From positions 9,989 to 73,988 of IMG/VR virus record IMGVR_UViG_3300049988_000118: a DNA stretch of 64,000 nt; one strand, given 5' to 3'. This document shows positions 1-9,976 of this stretch, piece after piece. This DNA is from a virus (taxonomy: Duplodnaviria; Caudoviricetes). The notes under the pieces are model-generated. The model did no database searches. It saw only the letters and a program-made list of their open reading frames with translations, and was not told the origin of the DNA. The translations under genes were made by a program, and so were the position numbers. Each line of letters opens with the position of its first letter. The first letter of the stretch is position 1.

Positions 1-2
1 TT

Positions 3-1076
3 TCCCCACTCGTCAGCAAGGCGACGGCGACCGCCCTCGACACCACGGGTGTCCCGAAGCGCGGAGGCGACTTCGTCGCCGGGGCTTTGGAAGCGGCCGT
101 CGACATTGACGCGATCACGCAGTCGGCCGTCGACGAGATGGTGCATTTCGGCGAGCTCAGGCGCTCTTGGCTCGCGTTCTGCGCCGGCGTGAAGCACGCG
201 GGCCACGTCCGCGACGCGATCCGGGCACGGGGGCTGACGTGCGAGGTCGTGTCGGGGGAGACCCCGAGCGGGGAGCGCGACCGCATCATCACGGCGTTCC
301 GCGCCGGCCGGATCCGTTGCCTGACCTCCGTGGGGGTGCTTTCGACCGGCTTCAACGTGCCGAGCGTGGATCTCGTTTCCCTGTTGCGCCCAACGGCGAG
401 CACCGGCCTGTACGTCCAGCAGGTCGGGCGCGCGCTCCGGCGGAGCCCGGGCAAAGAAGACGCCCTGATCCTCGACTATGCGGGCCTCGTGAAGACGCAT
501 GGCCCTATCGACGCCATCACGGCCAAGGGCAAGCCCAAGGCGCTGAAGGCGAAGGACGGCGAGGACGAGCCGCGCGCCAAGGAATGCCCGGACTGCCAGA
601 GCCTTGTCGCGCTCAATACTCGGACCTGCGTGACCTGCGGGCACGAATGGAGCTCCGAAGACACCGGCCCGAAGCACGAGGCCGTGGCTGACGCCGAGCA
701 TGCCATTCTCTCGGGCGGGGGTCCTGCTTGGCTCGACGTCTCCGGCGTCACCTTCGCCCGCCACCGCAAGATCGGCGGGACGGACAGCCTACGCGCCGAG
801 TTCCACTGCGGGATCGCGACCCATCGGGTGTGGTGCTGCCTGGAGCACGACGGTGGAGCTCGCAACAAGGCCCATGGCTGGTGGCGCCGCATGGGCGGCG
901 GTGAGCCGCCCCTCACCGTCGAAGACGGCTTGGCCCGCGCCGACGTCGAGCTCGTCTGGCCTCACGCCATTCAGGTCCGCCAGACCGGCAAGTTCTTCGA
1001 GGTGGTCGGCTATCGGTTCGCGGCCGGAGACGGTTGGTCGAGCCGAGCTGTCCTGAACGTGGAGGAGGCGGCGTGA
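3..1076 (+). CDS. SF2 (DEAD/DEAH-like) helicase, 5'-partial, with C-terminal Zn ribbon
   Basis: Helicase C-terminal motifs (VLSTGFNVPSVD, LYVQQVGRALR) and CxxC pairs (CPDC, CVTC). Frame stays open upstream of 87 to the window start. Confidence 0.85.
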   Translation, partial: SPLVSKATATALDTTGVPKRGGDFVAGALEAAVDIDAITQSAVDEMVHFGELRRSWLAFCAGVKHAGHVRDAIRARGLTCEVVSGETPSGERDRIITAFRAGRIRCLTSVGVLSTGFNVPSVDLVSLLRPTASTGLYVQQVGRALRRSPGKEDALILDYAGLVKTHGPIDAITAKGKPKALKAKDGEDEPRAKECPDCQSLVALNTRTCVTCGHEWSSEDTGPKHEAVADAEHAILSGGGPAWLDVSGVTFARHRKIGGTDSLRAEFHCGIATHRVWCCLEHDGGARNKAHGWWRRMGGGEPPLTVEDGLARADVELVWPHAIQVRQTGKFFEVVGYRFAAGDGWSSRAVLNVEEAA

Positions 1077-1444
1077 AGCGCCTTCAACCCGAGAAGCCGG
1101 GCTCCCCAGCCTATCGCCAGATCTGGCGCATCGTGGACGGCGCCGTAGCTTCGGCCTTTGCCGCTCACCCTGATTACGTAGCCTCGAATAAGCGCCTGCG
1201 GACCGTGCGCAACAGCATCGTCAAGCGGGTCGTCGGGGCGGTCACGAGCCATGCCGAGCAATCGGCACGGGTGCGGTCCGGGTCCAGCCCGGCGCACGAA
1301 AGGCCGGCGGTGGCGCTAACCGCCGCCGTGGGAGGCATCCGCGAAATGTCTCCCGACGACTGCCGCTGCTTCACGGTGGTCGTAGCCGGGGAGGTGGTCC
1401 AGCCCTCCCCGGCGCCATCACTCGGCGAAGGGATATTGCCATGA
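1073..1444 (+). CDS. Hypothetical phage protein
   Basis: GTGA overlap with the helicase stop; operon context. Confidence 0.55.
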   Translation: MKRLQPEKPGSPAYRQIWRIVDGAVASAFAAHPDYVASNKRLRTVRNSIVKRVVGAVTSHAEQSARVRSGSSPAHERPAVALTAAVGGIREMSPDDCRCFTVVVAGEVVQPSPAPSLGEGILP

Positions 1445-1830
1445 GCAACGTGATTGACCTGTTTTCCGAACGCGAGAAGCGAAAAGCCGAACCGGCGCAC
1501 GACGAGTTTCAGTTCACCGTTGATGTCTACGCCAACACCGAAGGCGACGTGTCCGGCAAGCTCTTCAATGTTGAAATCTTCGACGGCGTGTCGGACGCGG
1601 ATCGTTTCCGCATGATGGCCACTCGCCTCGAAGCGCTCGCGGTCATCTGCCACGACAAAGCAACCCATCTGGAGCCTGACGAAGACGGCTTCACACTGGC
1701 ACGGATCAAGGTGTTTGAGAGCAGCCGCGTGCGGGCTTGGTACAGCGACAAGATCGAAGGCGCCGAAAGCATCCAGTGGATGGAGCGCCGATTAGATGAC
1801 GCCAAGAGCATCATTGCTCCCCCGGCATGA
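1441..1830 (+). CDS. Hypothetical phage protein
   Basis: ATGA coupling on both sides. Confidence 0.6.
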   Translation: MSNVIDLFSEREKRKAEPAHDEFQFTVDVYANTEGDVSGKLFNVEIFDGVSDADRFRMMATRLEALAVICHDKATHLEPDEDGFTLARIKVFESSRVRAWYSDKIEGAESIQWMERRLDDAKSIIAPPA

Positions 1831-2231
1831 CCTTTCACCTCGACAACCCCGAGTCCTGCTTTCTCTGCCGACGCAGAGCGGACGGCCTCGGGGTCCTCAA
1901 AGGCAACCACGTCGGATGGCTGTGCCAGCAGTGCACCGATGGTGGCTACGGAATGAAAGCCATAGCGATGCGTGCCAGAGCATTCAACGAATATGAAACC
2001 CGAGCTCTCCAGGCGGCGGGGAACGCCGCAGGGGGCTACCTCGACCAGATCGGGCAGACCGACCTAGCGACGCTGGACCCGGCGAATTGGGATGTGTTCT
2101 GCCGCGTCCTCGTGGAGGAATTTGGCGAAGCCATCCGACGGGAGGTGGGGGTCGGTGTGATCCGTGTTCCGGAGGATCCAGGGGCAGCACCCCTTGAGCA
2201 CGAAGAGGTTTTTGACGCCGAGGTGCTGTGA
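1827..2231 (+). CDS. DUF6511-like Zn-binding protein that typically precedes phage primases
   Basis: CFLC...CQQC motif then the AGNAAGGYLDQIGQTDLATL segment. Confidence 0.6.
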   Translation: MTFHLDNPESCFLCRRRADGLGVLKGNHVGWLCQQCTDGGYGMKAIAMRARAFNEYETRALQAAGNAAGGYLDQIGQTDLATLDPANWDVFCRVLVEEFGEAIRREVGVGVIRVPEDPGAAPLEHEEVFDAEVL

Positions 2232-4630
2232 TGGCGAACCTCGGCTTTCCCTTTGACCCCGATGCCGTCGCGCGCCCATGCGCGTTTTCCGACTTGCCCG
2301 ACATTCCGGCGATCCAACGTTTGAAGAGCCGCCCGCAATGGGTGAGCTGGAAGTACGTCCAGCGCGAAGCGCACACCAAGCCCACAAAGCCACTCTACCA
2401 GCCTGCCAGCGGCATGCCGGCGAGCCACAGCAATCCATCGCACTGGGCGAGCTACGATGCGGCCGTGGCGCGGTCCGTGCGCTCGCGCATGAACGGCGTC
2501 GGGTACGTTCTGAGCTCCGATGATGACCTCACGGGCTACGACCTCGACAACTGCCGGGATCCGGACACGGGCGATATCGAGGCCTGGGCGCAGGCGATCG
2601 TCGATCTGGCCGAAACCTATTGCGAGGTGTCGCCGTCCGAGACCGGGTTGCGGCTCATCGCCGAGGGCAAGGTCGAAGCTGCCATCAAGCGTGATCCCGC
2701 AAGCGTCGAGGTCTACGGGGTCAGCCGTTACCTCACCATCACGGGCTGGCATCTGCCGGGCACGCCGACGGAAATCCGGCCAGCGCCGAAGACCCTTGCC
2801 GCCCTGAAGGCCCGCGTGGCCGAGTTCGACGCGGCCCTCGCCGCGGAGCGCGCTACCGGGTCCGAAGCCGGCATGACCGTTCCGAGCTCGGGTGAAGCGC
2901 TCGCGACGCACGTCCCGCAGGCGTCGGATGGAGGTTCGCCGTTCTTCCGCAACGTGAATTCCGCCGCGCTGGCGAGCCTGCACACCTGGGTGCCGTCGAT
3001 CTTCGGCGCGGCTGCCCGCTTTCAGCCTTCGACGGGGGCGTTCCGCGTCTCGTCCAAGGCACTCGGACGCAATCTTCAGGAAGACCTCTCCATCGCGCCG
3101 ACCGGCATCCGGGATTGGGGCGTGGGCGACATGGGCGACGCGCGCGGTGGAGCTCGCACGCCTATCGACCTCGTCATCACGTTCGGGTTCGAGCGGGAAG
3201 CGAAGGACGCTGCATTCTGGCTGTGCAATCGCCTGAGCAAGGATCCGGCCTCGTTCGGCTACGTCGATCGTGAAGCCGTGGGGGCCGAAGCCGCTACCAG
3301 CATCCTCGCCCGCAAGGTCGTCGAGGCCGAGGATGGGACGTTGGCGGACGCTGAGACGGGCGAGGTCATCGAGGCCCCTAGCCCCGAGCTCGGCGAGCTC
3401 CCGTCTCACCTTGCGACCCCGCCCGGACTTCTCGGCGAGGTAGCGGACTGGATCTGCGACACGGCTAGGCGCCCGCAACGCTCGCTCGCCATCGGGGCTG
3501 CCCTGTCGATCATCGGGACGCTCGCGGGCCGCCATATCGCCGGGCCGACAGGGTCGGGGACGCATCTCTATGTCGTGGGGCTGGCGCCGACAGGCGCCGG
3601 AAAAGACCACGCCATGCAGCAGATCCTGACCGCCATGACGGGCGCTGGTTGCGCCCACTTCATCGGGCCGGGCCAGTTCATTTCGATGCCGGCCGTCATC
3701 AACTTTCTCGTGCGCGCGCCGCTTAGCATCTGCGCCATGGACGAGTTCGGATCCTTCCTGAAGCGCATCAACTCCCGCAAGGCGTCGAGTTTCGAGGGCG
3801 CGATCTCCGGCATCATGCGGACGGCCTGGGGATCGTCGTTCAAGCCGATGCCGACGCCTGAATGGGCCGGTAAGCCGTCGGAGGTCATCATGGCGCCGGC
3901 CATGTCGATCTACGGCGTGTCGACGGCCGACGAGTTCTACGGGGCCATGGAAGGCGGCGATAGCACGAACGGCGTTCTGAACCGCCTTCTCGTCATCGAG
4001 ACCCGCAAGCGGCCGCAGGACCGCCCGCCAAAGCGACAGGAACACACGCTGACGCCGGAGCTCGAAGATCGGCTAAAGGCGGTCGTGAACCGCGGGGGGG
4101 CGATGGCCTTCGCCCAACTTCAACAGTTCGACCGGCCCCCGGCCATTCATCGTGTGCCGTGGGGTGCGGGGGCTGAAGCCGCGTTCGCCGCTATGGTCGA
4201 GGAAATCCACACGATCTGCGACGGCGACGTGATGGCCCAAGCCTTCTTCGCACGCGCCGCAGAGACGGCTGTTCGTATCGCGACCATCCTTGCCATCGGC
4301 ATCAATCCGGACCGGCCAGTGCTGACGCTGGAGGCGTTCGAGTGGGCGCGCGGGTTCTCGATGTGGTGCGCCAGAAACCTGCAACGCGGCGGCACGGAGC
4401 ACATCGCGGACAGCGAAAACCAATCCGCGGCAAACGCCGTCAGGCGGGCCGTGCGCGAGGCTGGAGGACGCATGAAGCACCGGGATCTGTTGCGTCGGCT
4501 CAACCACCGGATCAAGAACCGAGACCTCATCGACATCGTGAAGGCCCTCGTCGAGGCCGAGCAAATCACGGTCGAAAAGGTGGTGCCTGAGGGGGGCGGG
4601 CCACCGACAACGTGGTACAGCCTATGCTAA
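2228..4630 (+). CDS. Helper primase-polymerase (AEP-like) fused to P-loop helicase (DUF3987/D5-like)
   Basis: N-terminal prim-pol motifs (GYDLDNCRD, EVSPSETGLR); Walker A GLAPTGAGKD; Walker B ICAMDEFG. Confidence 0.8.
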   Translation: MMANLGFPFDPDAVARPCAFSDLPDIPAIQRLKSRPQWVSWKYVQREAHTKPTKPLYQPASGMPASHSNPSHWASYDAAVARSVRSRMNGVGYVLSSDDDLTGYDLDNCRDPDTGDIEAWAQAIVDLAETYCEVSPSETGLRLIAEGKVEAAIKRDPASVEVYGVSRYLTITGWHLPGTPTEIRPAPKTLAALKARVAEFDAALAAERATGSEAGMTVPSSGEALATHVPQASDGGSPFFRNVNSAALASLHTWVPSIFGAAARFQPSTGAFRVSSKALGRNLQEDLSIAPTGIRDWGVGDMGDARGGARTPIDLVITFGFEREAKDAAFWLCNRLSKDPASFGYVDREAVGAEAATSILARKVVEAEDGTLADAETGEVIEAPSPELGELPSHLATPPGLLGEVADWICDTARRPQRSLAIGAALSIIGTLAGRHIAGPTGSGTHLYVVGLAPTGAGKDHAMQQILTAMTGAGCAHFIGPGQFISMPAVINFLVRAPLSICAMDEFGSFLKRINSRKASSFEGAISGIMRTAWGSSFKPMPTPEWAGKPSEVIMAPAMSIYGVSTADEFYGAMEGGDSTNGVLNRLLVIETRKRPQDRPPKRQEHTLTPELEDRLKAVVNRGGAMAFAQLQQFDRPPAIHRVPWGAGAEAAFAAMVEEIHTICDGDVMAQAFFARAAETAVRIATILAIGINPDRPVLTLEAFEWARGFSMWCARNLQRGGTEHIADSENQSAANAVRRAVREAGGRMKHRDLLRRLNHRIKNRDLIDIVKALVEAEQITVEKVVPEGGGPPTTWYSLC

Positions 4631-5145
4631 ACGAAAACGTCCCACGCCGTCGAAAACCCAAGCTTTTTGGTGATGGCAAAAATATTACAACTCAAAACCC
4701 CAACGTCTTTACAGACGTCTGGAACTTTTCTGTTGGATCTTTTCCGGCTAGGTTGTGACGTCTCTCCTGTCACTACACATCTATTCGAGGGTGAGGCAAG
4801 ACAATATGAAATTAGAAACGGATCTTGCCCGATATTATCTATCTCTATGTCACTTAAATTCGGGGCATATCCCTTGCTGACAACCATTTGAACATGAGTC
4901 AAGTTTGCCTCCTCATCTAGAAGCAACTTATTTTTTACCTCTGAACTTTGTATCCAATCGTAAAGTTTGTCCTTATCACTATTTCCAGTACCTCCTTTGA
5001 CTTCTTCGAAGGTTTCTATGGGCATCTTTATTTTGCCTGCGTCAGCATAATGGACAACCCAAGTCCAAAACTCTGGGACTCGCTCAATTGGATAATAAGT
5101 ATTGTGAGCGGTAATAAGCGTATTGGCATCAAGAAGATACAACAC
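4627..5145 (-). CDS. DUF4411/PIN-like protein (putative toxin)
   Basis: YLLDANTLI N-terminus, DPFLISYC, CVVTGE, KVPDVC pattern. GTG start with AGGAG RBS; AT-rich. Confidence 0.75.
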   Translation of the reverse strand: MLYLLDANTLITAHNTYYPIERVPEFWTWVVHYADAGKIKMPIETFEEVKGGTGNSDKDKLYDWIQSSEVKNKLLLDEEANLTHVQMVVSKGYAPNLSDIEIDNIGQDPFLISYCLASPSNRCVVTGETSQPSRKRSNRKVPDVCKDVGVLSCNIFAITKKLGFSTAWDVFV

Positions 5146-6333
5146 TTAGGCAGCACTCCTCGATATTAACGCATCAACGTTTCTTGCTTTAACTCCAAGT
5201 ATCTTAGCGGCTCGCGTTGGTGTTATATTTCCCCCATCGAGGTTTCTTTTTACAAGAGCCAATAGTGGTGAGCCGAGCTTATGCCGTTTCACCACGTAAT
5301 AATCTGGCCCACTCTTTGACCTCGACTCTTTTGACTTAATTGCCGCTCTTTCTTGAAGGTATTCTTCACGAAAGTTTTTTGAGACAGATCTCCACGCTAC
5401 GCCCGAGATAGTCTTGTTAAGATAGAGACGATAAGCTATGGCCGATCGACTAACATTCAAGCCATTAGCAATTTCATTAATCGCCAGAATAATCTCATCA
5501 ATAGTGGTCAGATTTCTGCTCGATATTTTACCAACTTCTTCTTCCGCAACAAGAACAAGACTTGCAACATTATTGCAAAATTGCTCCAGTTTGCCATCAG
5601 CAAAAGCGTTGCTGATGCCGGTAGCTCCCAGCATAAGGTGAGCGATCTCATGAAGAAGAGTAAATGACCAAGCCGATTTTGCATCCTGGTCGTTTATTAC
5701 AATGAACGGCGCAATCGGGTCGGCAATTGCTATTCCACGAAACACCTCTGGATCTATCGAACTATGGTGCGATCCTAGATTTCCGATCAGTAGTACAAAT
5801 ATTCCAGCGGCCTCCGCCTGACTACGAACATATCTGAAAGCTTCTTCAACACCACGCCGCTTCCTGAATTCCTGTTTATCAAATCCAATAGTATCTATTA
5901 GAAAAGCAGATGCCGATTTAGGGCCAATGTCTATATCAATACAGCCGACAAAACTAAGCGGAGGAGTTTCTTCATCTTCCAGAATCGCACGAACGCCAGC
6001 CTGCCGTGCCCTCACGTCGCGCAAAAGCGCGTCAATGGCTGCAGCGCTCTCAGCCCTGCGATCGTCAGGCAAGCTTCGAAAGTCTTCGCCACGATCGGCT
6101 CGTGCCGGTGGCTCGGGGAGGTAGAATGTAAGGAGAGGGCGCCGGTAGGCTTTTGACATGGCCAGGAGCATTGGCCGTGTCGGCTCGTCGACGCCGGTCT
6201 CGAGCAGGCCGAGCCGGGTGACGGCACTCACGTATTTCGTATCACGCAGGCCGACTTTCGGCGCAGCCTGCTCCAGCGTGAGCCCTGAGGTCTCACGGGC
6301 CCATAGCAGGATCGCTGGGTTCACTCGGGTCAT
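5146..6333 (-). CDS. XRE-HTH + ImmA/IrrE (COG2856) metallopeptidase
   Basis: N-terminal HTH (LLWARETSGLTLEQAA), HEXXH in TLLHEIAH, EQFCNNVAS motif. Start placed at MTRVNP (6333). Confidence 0.85.
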   Translation of the reverse strand: MTRVNPAILLWARETSGLTLEQAAPKVGLRDTKYVSAVTRLGLLETGVDEPTRPMLLAMSKAYRRPLLTFYLPEPPARADRGEDFRSLPDDRRAESAAAIDALLRDVRARQAGVRAILEDEETPPLSFVGCIDIDIGPKSASAFLIDTIGFDKQEFRKRRGVEEAFRYVRSQAEAAGIFVLLIGNLGSHHSSIDPEVFRGIAIADPIAPFIVINDQDAKSAWSFTLLHEIAHLMLGATGISNAFADGKLEQFCNNVASLVLVAEEEVGKISSRNLTTIDEIILAINEIANGLNVSRSAIAYRLYLNKTISGVAWRSVSKNFREEYLQERAAIKSKESRSKSGPDYYVVKRHKLGSPLLALVKRNLDGGNITPTRAAKILGVKARNVDALISRSAA

Positions 6334-6436
6334 GCTCTTTTCATGCCCTAAAACGATCGTTTGCGCGACACCGCGATGCGCCACAGTTTGTAGATGAGCA
6401 TGGAACCATGAACGCTCCGTTCTGGTGCCGCTTCGG

Positions 6437-6700
6437 CTGACAGGACCACTGTCAGGAATGGTCGTTTGTCAGGATGACAAACGACGGTCACTTGGCTCGT
6501 ATGAGGCCAGCCACCCCAAAAATCGTGAGCGTTTGTCCGTTTGTCAGGCGTTCGTCAGGTCGAACCTGACAGTGCTAAACCATTGATTTATATCTTATAT
6601 ATATTCGTTTGTCATTTGTCAGTTAGAGAGAGGTAGCATACACACCCTTGTATGTAAGGGGTGTAGGGGGTAGAGAATACGCGTGCGCGCCTGACAAACG
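6437..6700. repeat. Iteron cluster, putative helper replication origin
   Basis: Many TGTCAG/CTGACA copies in both orientations, AT tract TATATCTTATATATAT, and dyad ACACCCTT..AAGGGGTGT. Confidence 0.65.
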
Positions 6701-6710
6701 GGGTTCGGCC

Positions 6711-7064
6711 ATGCTGACGGAAGCCTTCAAGCATATCGATCTCAAGGAGATCGCCGCCCGGGTCGAGCCGAGCGTGCAGAGGGTTTCGGCGCGCGGTCGG
6801 ACTTACGTGAAGACTGAGCCTGGAATGGCGGACTACGCGACGGTCGTGACGGGCTACGCCCTGGCCGAGATCTGGAAGGCCGACCCAGAGAAGGCGGTGC
6901 GGATGCCCGAGGTGGAGCCAACCCTGAAACAGTGGCTTGGGCCCGAGGCCGTGATACGCCTTGCGGCCGCGCTTAAGCGTCTGGCCCGAATCGGGCAGAT
7001 CAAACTGGATTTTGACCGCGATGGCGTCACTGTACGCCCAGGTTCAGCATGGATTGAGACATGA
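6711..7064 (+). CDS. Hypothetical protein
   Basis: ORF from ATG 6711; ATGA overlap with the next gene. Confidence 0.45.
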   Translation: MLTEAFKHIDLKEIAARVEPSVQRVSARGRTYVKTEPGMADYATVVTGYALAEIWKADPEKAVRMPEVEPTLKQWLGPEAVIRLAAALKRLARIGQIKLDFDRDGVTVRPGSAWIET

Positions 7065-7315
7065 CGCAGACATACAATCTACGGTTCACGGTTGTCGTTG
7101 ACAGCATTGCAGTCATCGCCCGCGATGGCACTGCTATGGCTCGCGGTCTAGCCGACAAGGCCAAAGAGAACGGAATGGACATCGGAGAGCCGCGCTATGC
7201 CGGAGCATCTCCTAAAATCGGTTATGCAGAAGCATACTATGATTGCTTCAACATTGATCCCGATTCTGCCATGTGGCTTCGGATGATGACGAGCGCGTCG
7301 GATATTTTGAGGTAG
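7061..7315 (+). CDS. Hypothetical protein
   Basis: ORF track; coupled start. Confidence 0.4.
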   Translation: MTQTYNLRFTVVVDSIAVIARDGTAMARGLADKAKENGMDIGEPRYAGASPKIGYAEAYYDCFNIDPDSAMWLRMMTSASDILR

Positions 7316-7421
7316 GTCAAAGATATCGGGGGTACGCCTTGCCTCCGCCGCCCACCTCGCTATTCTCGGATCCGCGCATACCCGACTGTTACCGCGGCGA
7401 CCCCGAGAGAGGCCGCCGAGG

Positions 7422-7604
7422 ATGTTTGAAACCGAACAGCACGAGCGCAACGCTCGCGCCTACTGCCGGAGTATCGGTGCCGACCCCGACGAGTGGGTCG
7501 AGGGCGTCGACGAGCTTCGCTTCGGCACGCGCGAACGCATGTCCTGCCCCCGTTGGCGCTGGTACGTCGGCGCCTCCGCCCCGCGCCTCCAAGCGGAGGG
7601 CTGA
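7422..7604 (+). CDS. Small hypothetical protein
   Basis: GAGG RBS; ends 3 nt before the NusG-like gene. Confidence 0.5.
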   Translation: MFETEQHERNARAYCRSIGADPDEWVEGVDELRFGTRERMSCPRWRWYVGASAPRLQAEG

Positions 7605-7607
7605 CCC

Positions 7608-8411
7608 ATGGGTGCGAAGCTCAACGGCCTGCGCCGACTGCCCCTGAACGACAACCTGCCGAAGCTCCAGCGTGGCTTGGACGAGATCCCGATCCCGGCC
7701 GAGGATTTTCGTCGGCCCCCGATGATCGAGCGGGAGACGGGCTTCCGCTGGTACTGCCTCGTCACAGGCGCGATGGGCGAGTACCGCTGCGCCGAGGGTC
7801 TGTCCGATCTCGGCATCGCCAGTTACGTCCCGACGGAGACGAAGTGGGTGTTTCGCACTCGGGGCCGTGAGCGGCGGCGTGAGCAGGTTCAGTCCCCACT
7901 GTTTCGCGCCTACGTGTTTGCCCGGCTGTCGCACGCCTTCGTTGAGGCAGAGGGCACGTTCGAGCGCCGCCTGGTGCTGGGCCCCGACTGGACGCCGATC
8001 TACGAGCGCGACGCCTTCCTGAAGAATCCACTCGGCATCCTCGGGGTGATGAGCAACTACGGCACCCCATCGCCGATGCCGCTGCGCGATGCGCACGCAG
8101 CCCGCTCAGGCCTGTCGGACCTCGCAGACGACGAACGGGCAGGCTGGTTCGACGAACGGCGCGTGGCGGCCCTCGTTGCCGGAAAGAACGCCAAGCCGCG
8201 CCCGGTGGTGATGAAAGGTGAGGAAGTGCGCCTTACGGCTGGCCCGCTCGCGAGCTTCCAGGGGGTTGCCGAGAACGACAACGACAAGACCGGGGTGCGC
8301 GTGTCGGTGGAGATCTTTGGCCGCTCTACACCCGTCTTCGTGCCGATCGCGGATCTCGAGAACCTGACGCGGCCGAATGCGAAAGCTGATGTCGCCGTGC
8401 GAAGGGCTTGA
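7608..8411 (+). CDS. Phage NusG-family transcription antitermination factor (late regulator)
   Basis: NGN-like RWYCLVT..GIASYVP..PLFRAYVFA and KOW GEEVRLTAGPLASFQG..VSVEIFGRSTPV; sits where lambda Q would. Confidence 0.85.
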   Translation: MGAKLNGLRRLPLNDNLPKLQRGLDEIPIPAEDFRRPPMIERETGFRWYCLVTGAMGEYRCAEGLSDLGIASYVPTETKWVFRTRGRERRREQVQSPLFRAYVFARLSHAFVEAEGTFERRLVLGPDWTPIYERDAFLKNPLGILGVMSNYGTPSPMPLRDAHAARSGLSDLADDERAGWFDERRVAALVAGKNAKPRPVVMKGEEVRLTAGPLASFQGVAENDNDKTGVRVSVEIFGRSTPVFVPIADLENLTRPNAKADVAVRRA

Positions 8412-8456
8412 GTTTCTAAACGTTGTCGCGAAAGCCGCTTTTGCCCTCGTGGCCTT

Positions 8457-8747
8457 ATGCCATTTCCCTTGGCACCAGACCGACTAGGTTGGTGGTGGTA
8501 TAGATGTGGCGAAGGAGGCCAGTGGATCATGGACCTTGATGAAAAACTTGACGGCCGAGACGTCCGCGATGCGATAGAGGAGGCCATCGAGAACTGGGCA
8601 TACGGCTACAACGATAAATTTCTAGCGCGCATCAAGGGTGATGATGCGGATGTGACTGCGATCAGATTGCGCGGGGAGTTGTCCAATCGCATCGTCATCG
8701 CGATCAAAAGCGTTTTGAAAGATCAAAACAGCGCCAATTCGGATTGA
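8457..8747 (+). CDS. Hypothetical moron
   Basis: ORF track; AT-richer than flanks. Confidence 0.4.
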   Translation: MPFPLAPDRLGWWWYRCGEGGQWIMDLDEKLDGRDVRDAIEEAIENWAYGYNDKFLARIKGDDADVTAIRLRGELSNRIVIAIKSVLKDQNSANSD

Positions 8748-8771
8748 CACGCCATAGTCTGCCTCTACTAT
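8744..8771 (+). promoter_or_regulatory. Sigma70-type promoter, candidate late promoter
   Basis: TTGACA (8744-8749), 16-nt spacer, TACTAT (8766-8771), upstream of the packaging/head operon. Confidence 0.6.
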
Positions 8772-8938
8772 GCGCCTTGCGTCGGATAGAGGCGGCCTAT
8801 CTTGAGGGCGCCACCATGAGGGTGAAACCCCGCCCCGATGCGAGAACGGATGTGGCCCTACACAGGCGCCTGCCGCTTCTCACGACGGGAAAGTTGTCCC
8901 AAAACGGTAGCAGCTAGACCTGCACGGCCTTACGATAC

Positions 8939-9157
8939 TCAGTCTGCCATGACCGGCTCAGGTTCGGGCAGCTCCTCACGCTTCATCCACAGTATGCCGG
9001 CGGGCGAATGGATGGCGTGCACGATCTGACCCTCAGCGATCTTGGCTTTGGCAGCCGCAAGAGCGTCGTCCGATGTCTTGAATTCGCCGCGATGCCAATC
9101 GCCTGTCGCCTCGTTCGAGCTGTCGCCCCAAAGAAGAACCCACATCGCTTCCTCCAT
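8939..9157 (-). CDS. Small hypothetical moron
   Basis: ORF track; plausible composition. Confidence 0.4.
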   Translation of the reverse strand: MEEAMWVLLWGDSSNEATGDWHRGEFKTSDDALAAAKAKIAEGQIVHAIHSPAGILWMKREELPEPEPVMAD

Positions 9158-9293
9158 TGCTGGAGTAGTAGCGGTTCACGGGCCCGTGAGGTTCCAACGA
9201 GCGGCACATGCCGCCCATGCCAGTCAGCTGTGCCGACGCTCATCCCCTATTCACCCCGCCGCACCCCGGTGGGCTTTGTCATCCGAGGCCATC

Positions 9294-9875
9294 ATGACCG
9301 GCCTGACGTTCTCTGGCGGTGGTGTGCTCCAGCGCTTTGCAGGTCAGCTCGACGAGCTCGGTGCCCGCGCCCCTGTCGCCCTGGCCCGCGCCCTCAACCA
9401 CACTGGCGCCAAGGCCAAGACAGCGGTTATCCGAAACCTCGTCGTTCAGACCGGACTGAAGCGCTCGACCATCGTGCGCGCGGTCCGGACGAACAGGGCC
9501 GCAGGACCGTCTGGCCTCACCAGCTACGGCGGCAGCCTCACCTACACGCTGACGACCACTGGCGGTGATATCAGCCTCAAGTTCTTCGGAGCGAAGGAGA
9601 CCAAAGCTGGCGTCTCGGCTGCACCTCGTGGGCGCCGTCAGGTCTTCTCCGGCACGTTCACAAAGGGCGGTCGCTTCCCGAACCGTAGGGGGTCGGTCAG
9701 CGGCGGCCACGTGTTCAGCAACATCGGCGGCCGTGCTGTCCGGTTCGAGAACTCCGGCGTGGTCATCCCCGACGAGATGATCCAGGGCGCTACGGCCGCG
9801 GCCTTCGACAAGATTATGGGGGACGAGCTTGAGGCTCGCATCGCCCACGACATCGGCACGTTCCTCGGTGGGTAG
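9294..9875 (+). CDS. Lambda gpZ-like minor tail/neck protein
   Basis: ALARALNHTGAKAKT..., GGDISLKFFG, GTF..GG.F pattern; GAGG RBS before ATG 9294. Confidence 0.65.
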   Translation: MTGLTFSGGGVLQRFAGQLDELGARAPVALARALNHTGAKAKTAVIRNLVVQTGLKRSTIVRAVRTNRAAGPSGLTSYGGSLTYTLTTTGGDISLKFFGAKETKAGVSAAPRGRRQVFSGTFTKGGRFPNRRGSVSGGHVFSNIGGRAVRFENSGVVIPDEMIQGATAAAFDKIMGDELEARIAHDIGTFLGG

Positions 9876-9976
9876 GCCCTCCGACCCCGCCCCGCATGCT
9901 GCGCCTCACTACCGCAGCGCACAATGGGTCCTCCGGAGACACCCCACCCCTCTGCGGGCAGAGTTGCTCCCGACTT
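9856..9976 (+). repeat. Helper cos region (121 bp, identical to 19466-19586)
   Basis: Read base by base as identical. Contains GGGTCCT (lambda cosQ sequence, 9926-9932), then 17 nt, then dyad CTCTGC-GG-GCAGAG (9950-9963). Directly upstream of terS. Confidence 0.85.

Noticed and set aside
2036-4045. Long antisense ORFs (e.g. 2036-4045, 10647-11966, 33384-34790, 40716-43271, 54367-56067)
   Set aside because: Shadow frames of high-GC coding genes; no motifs or RBS.
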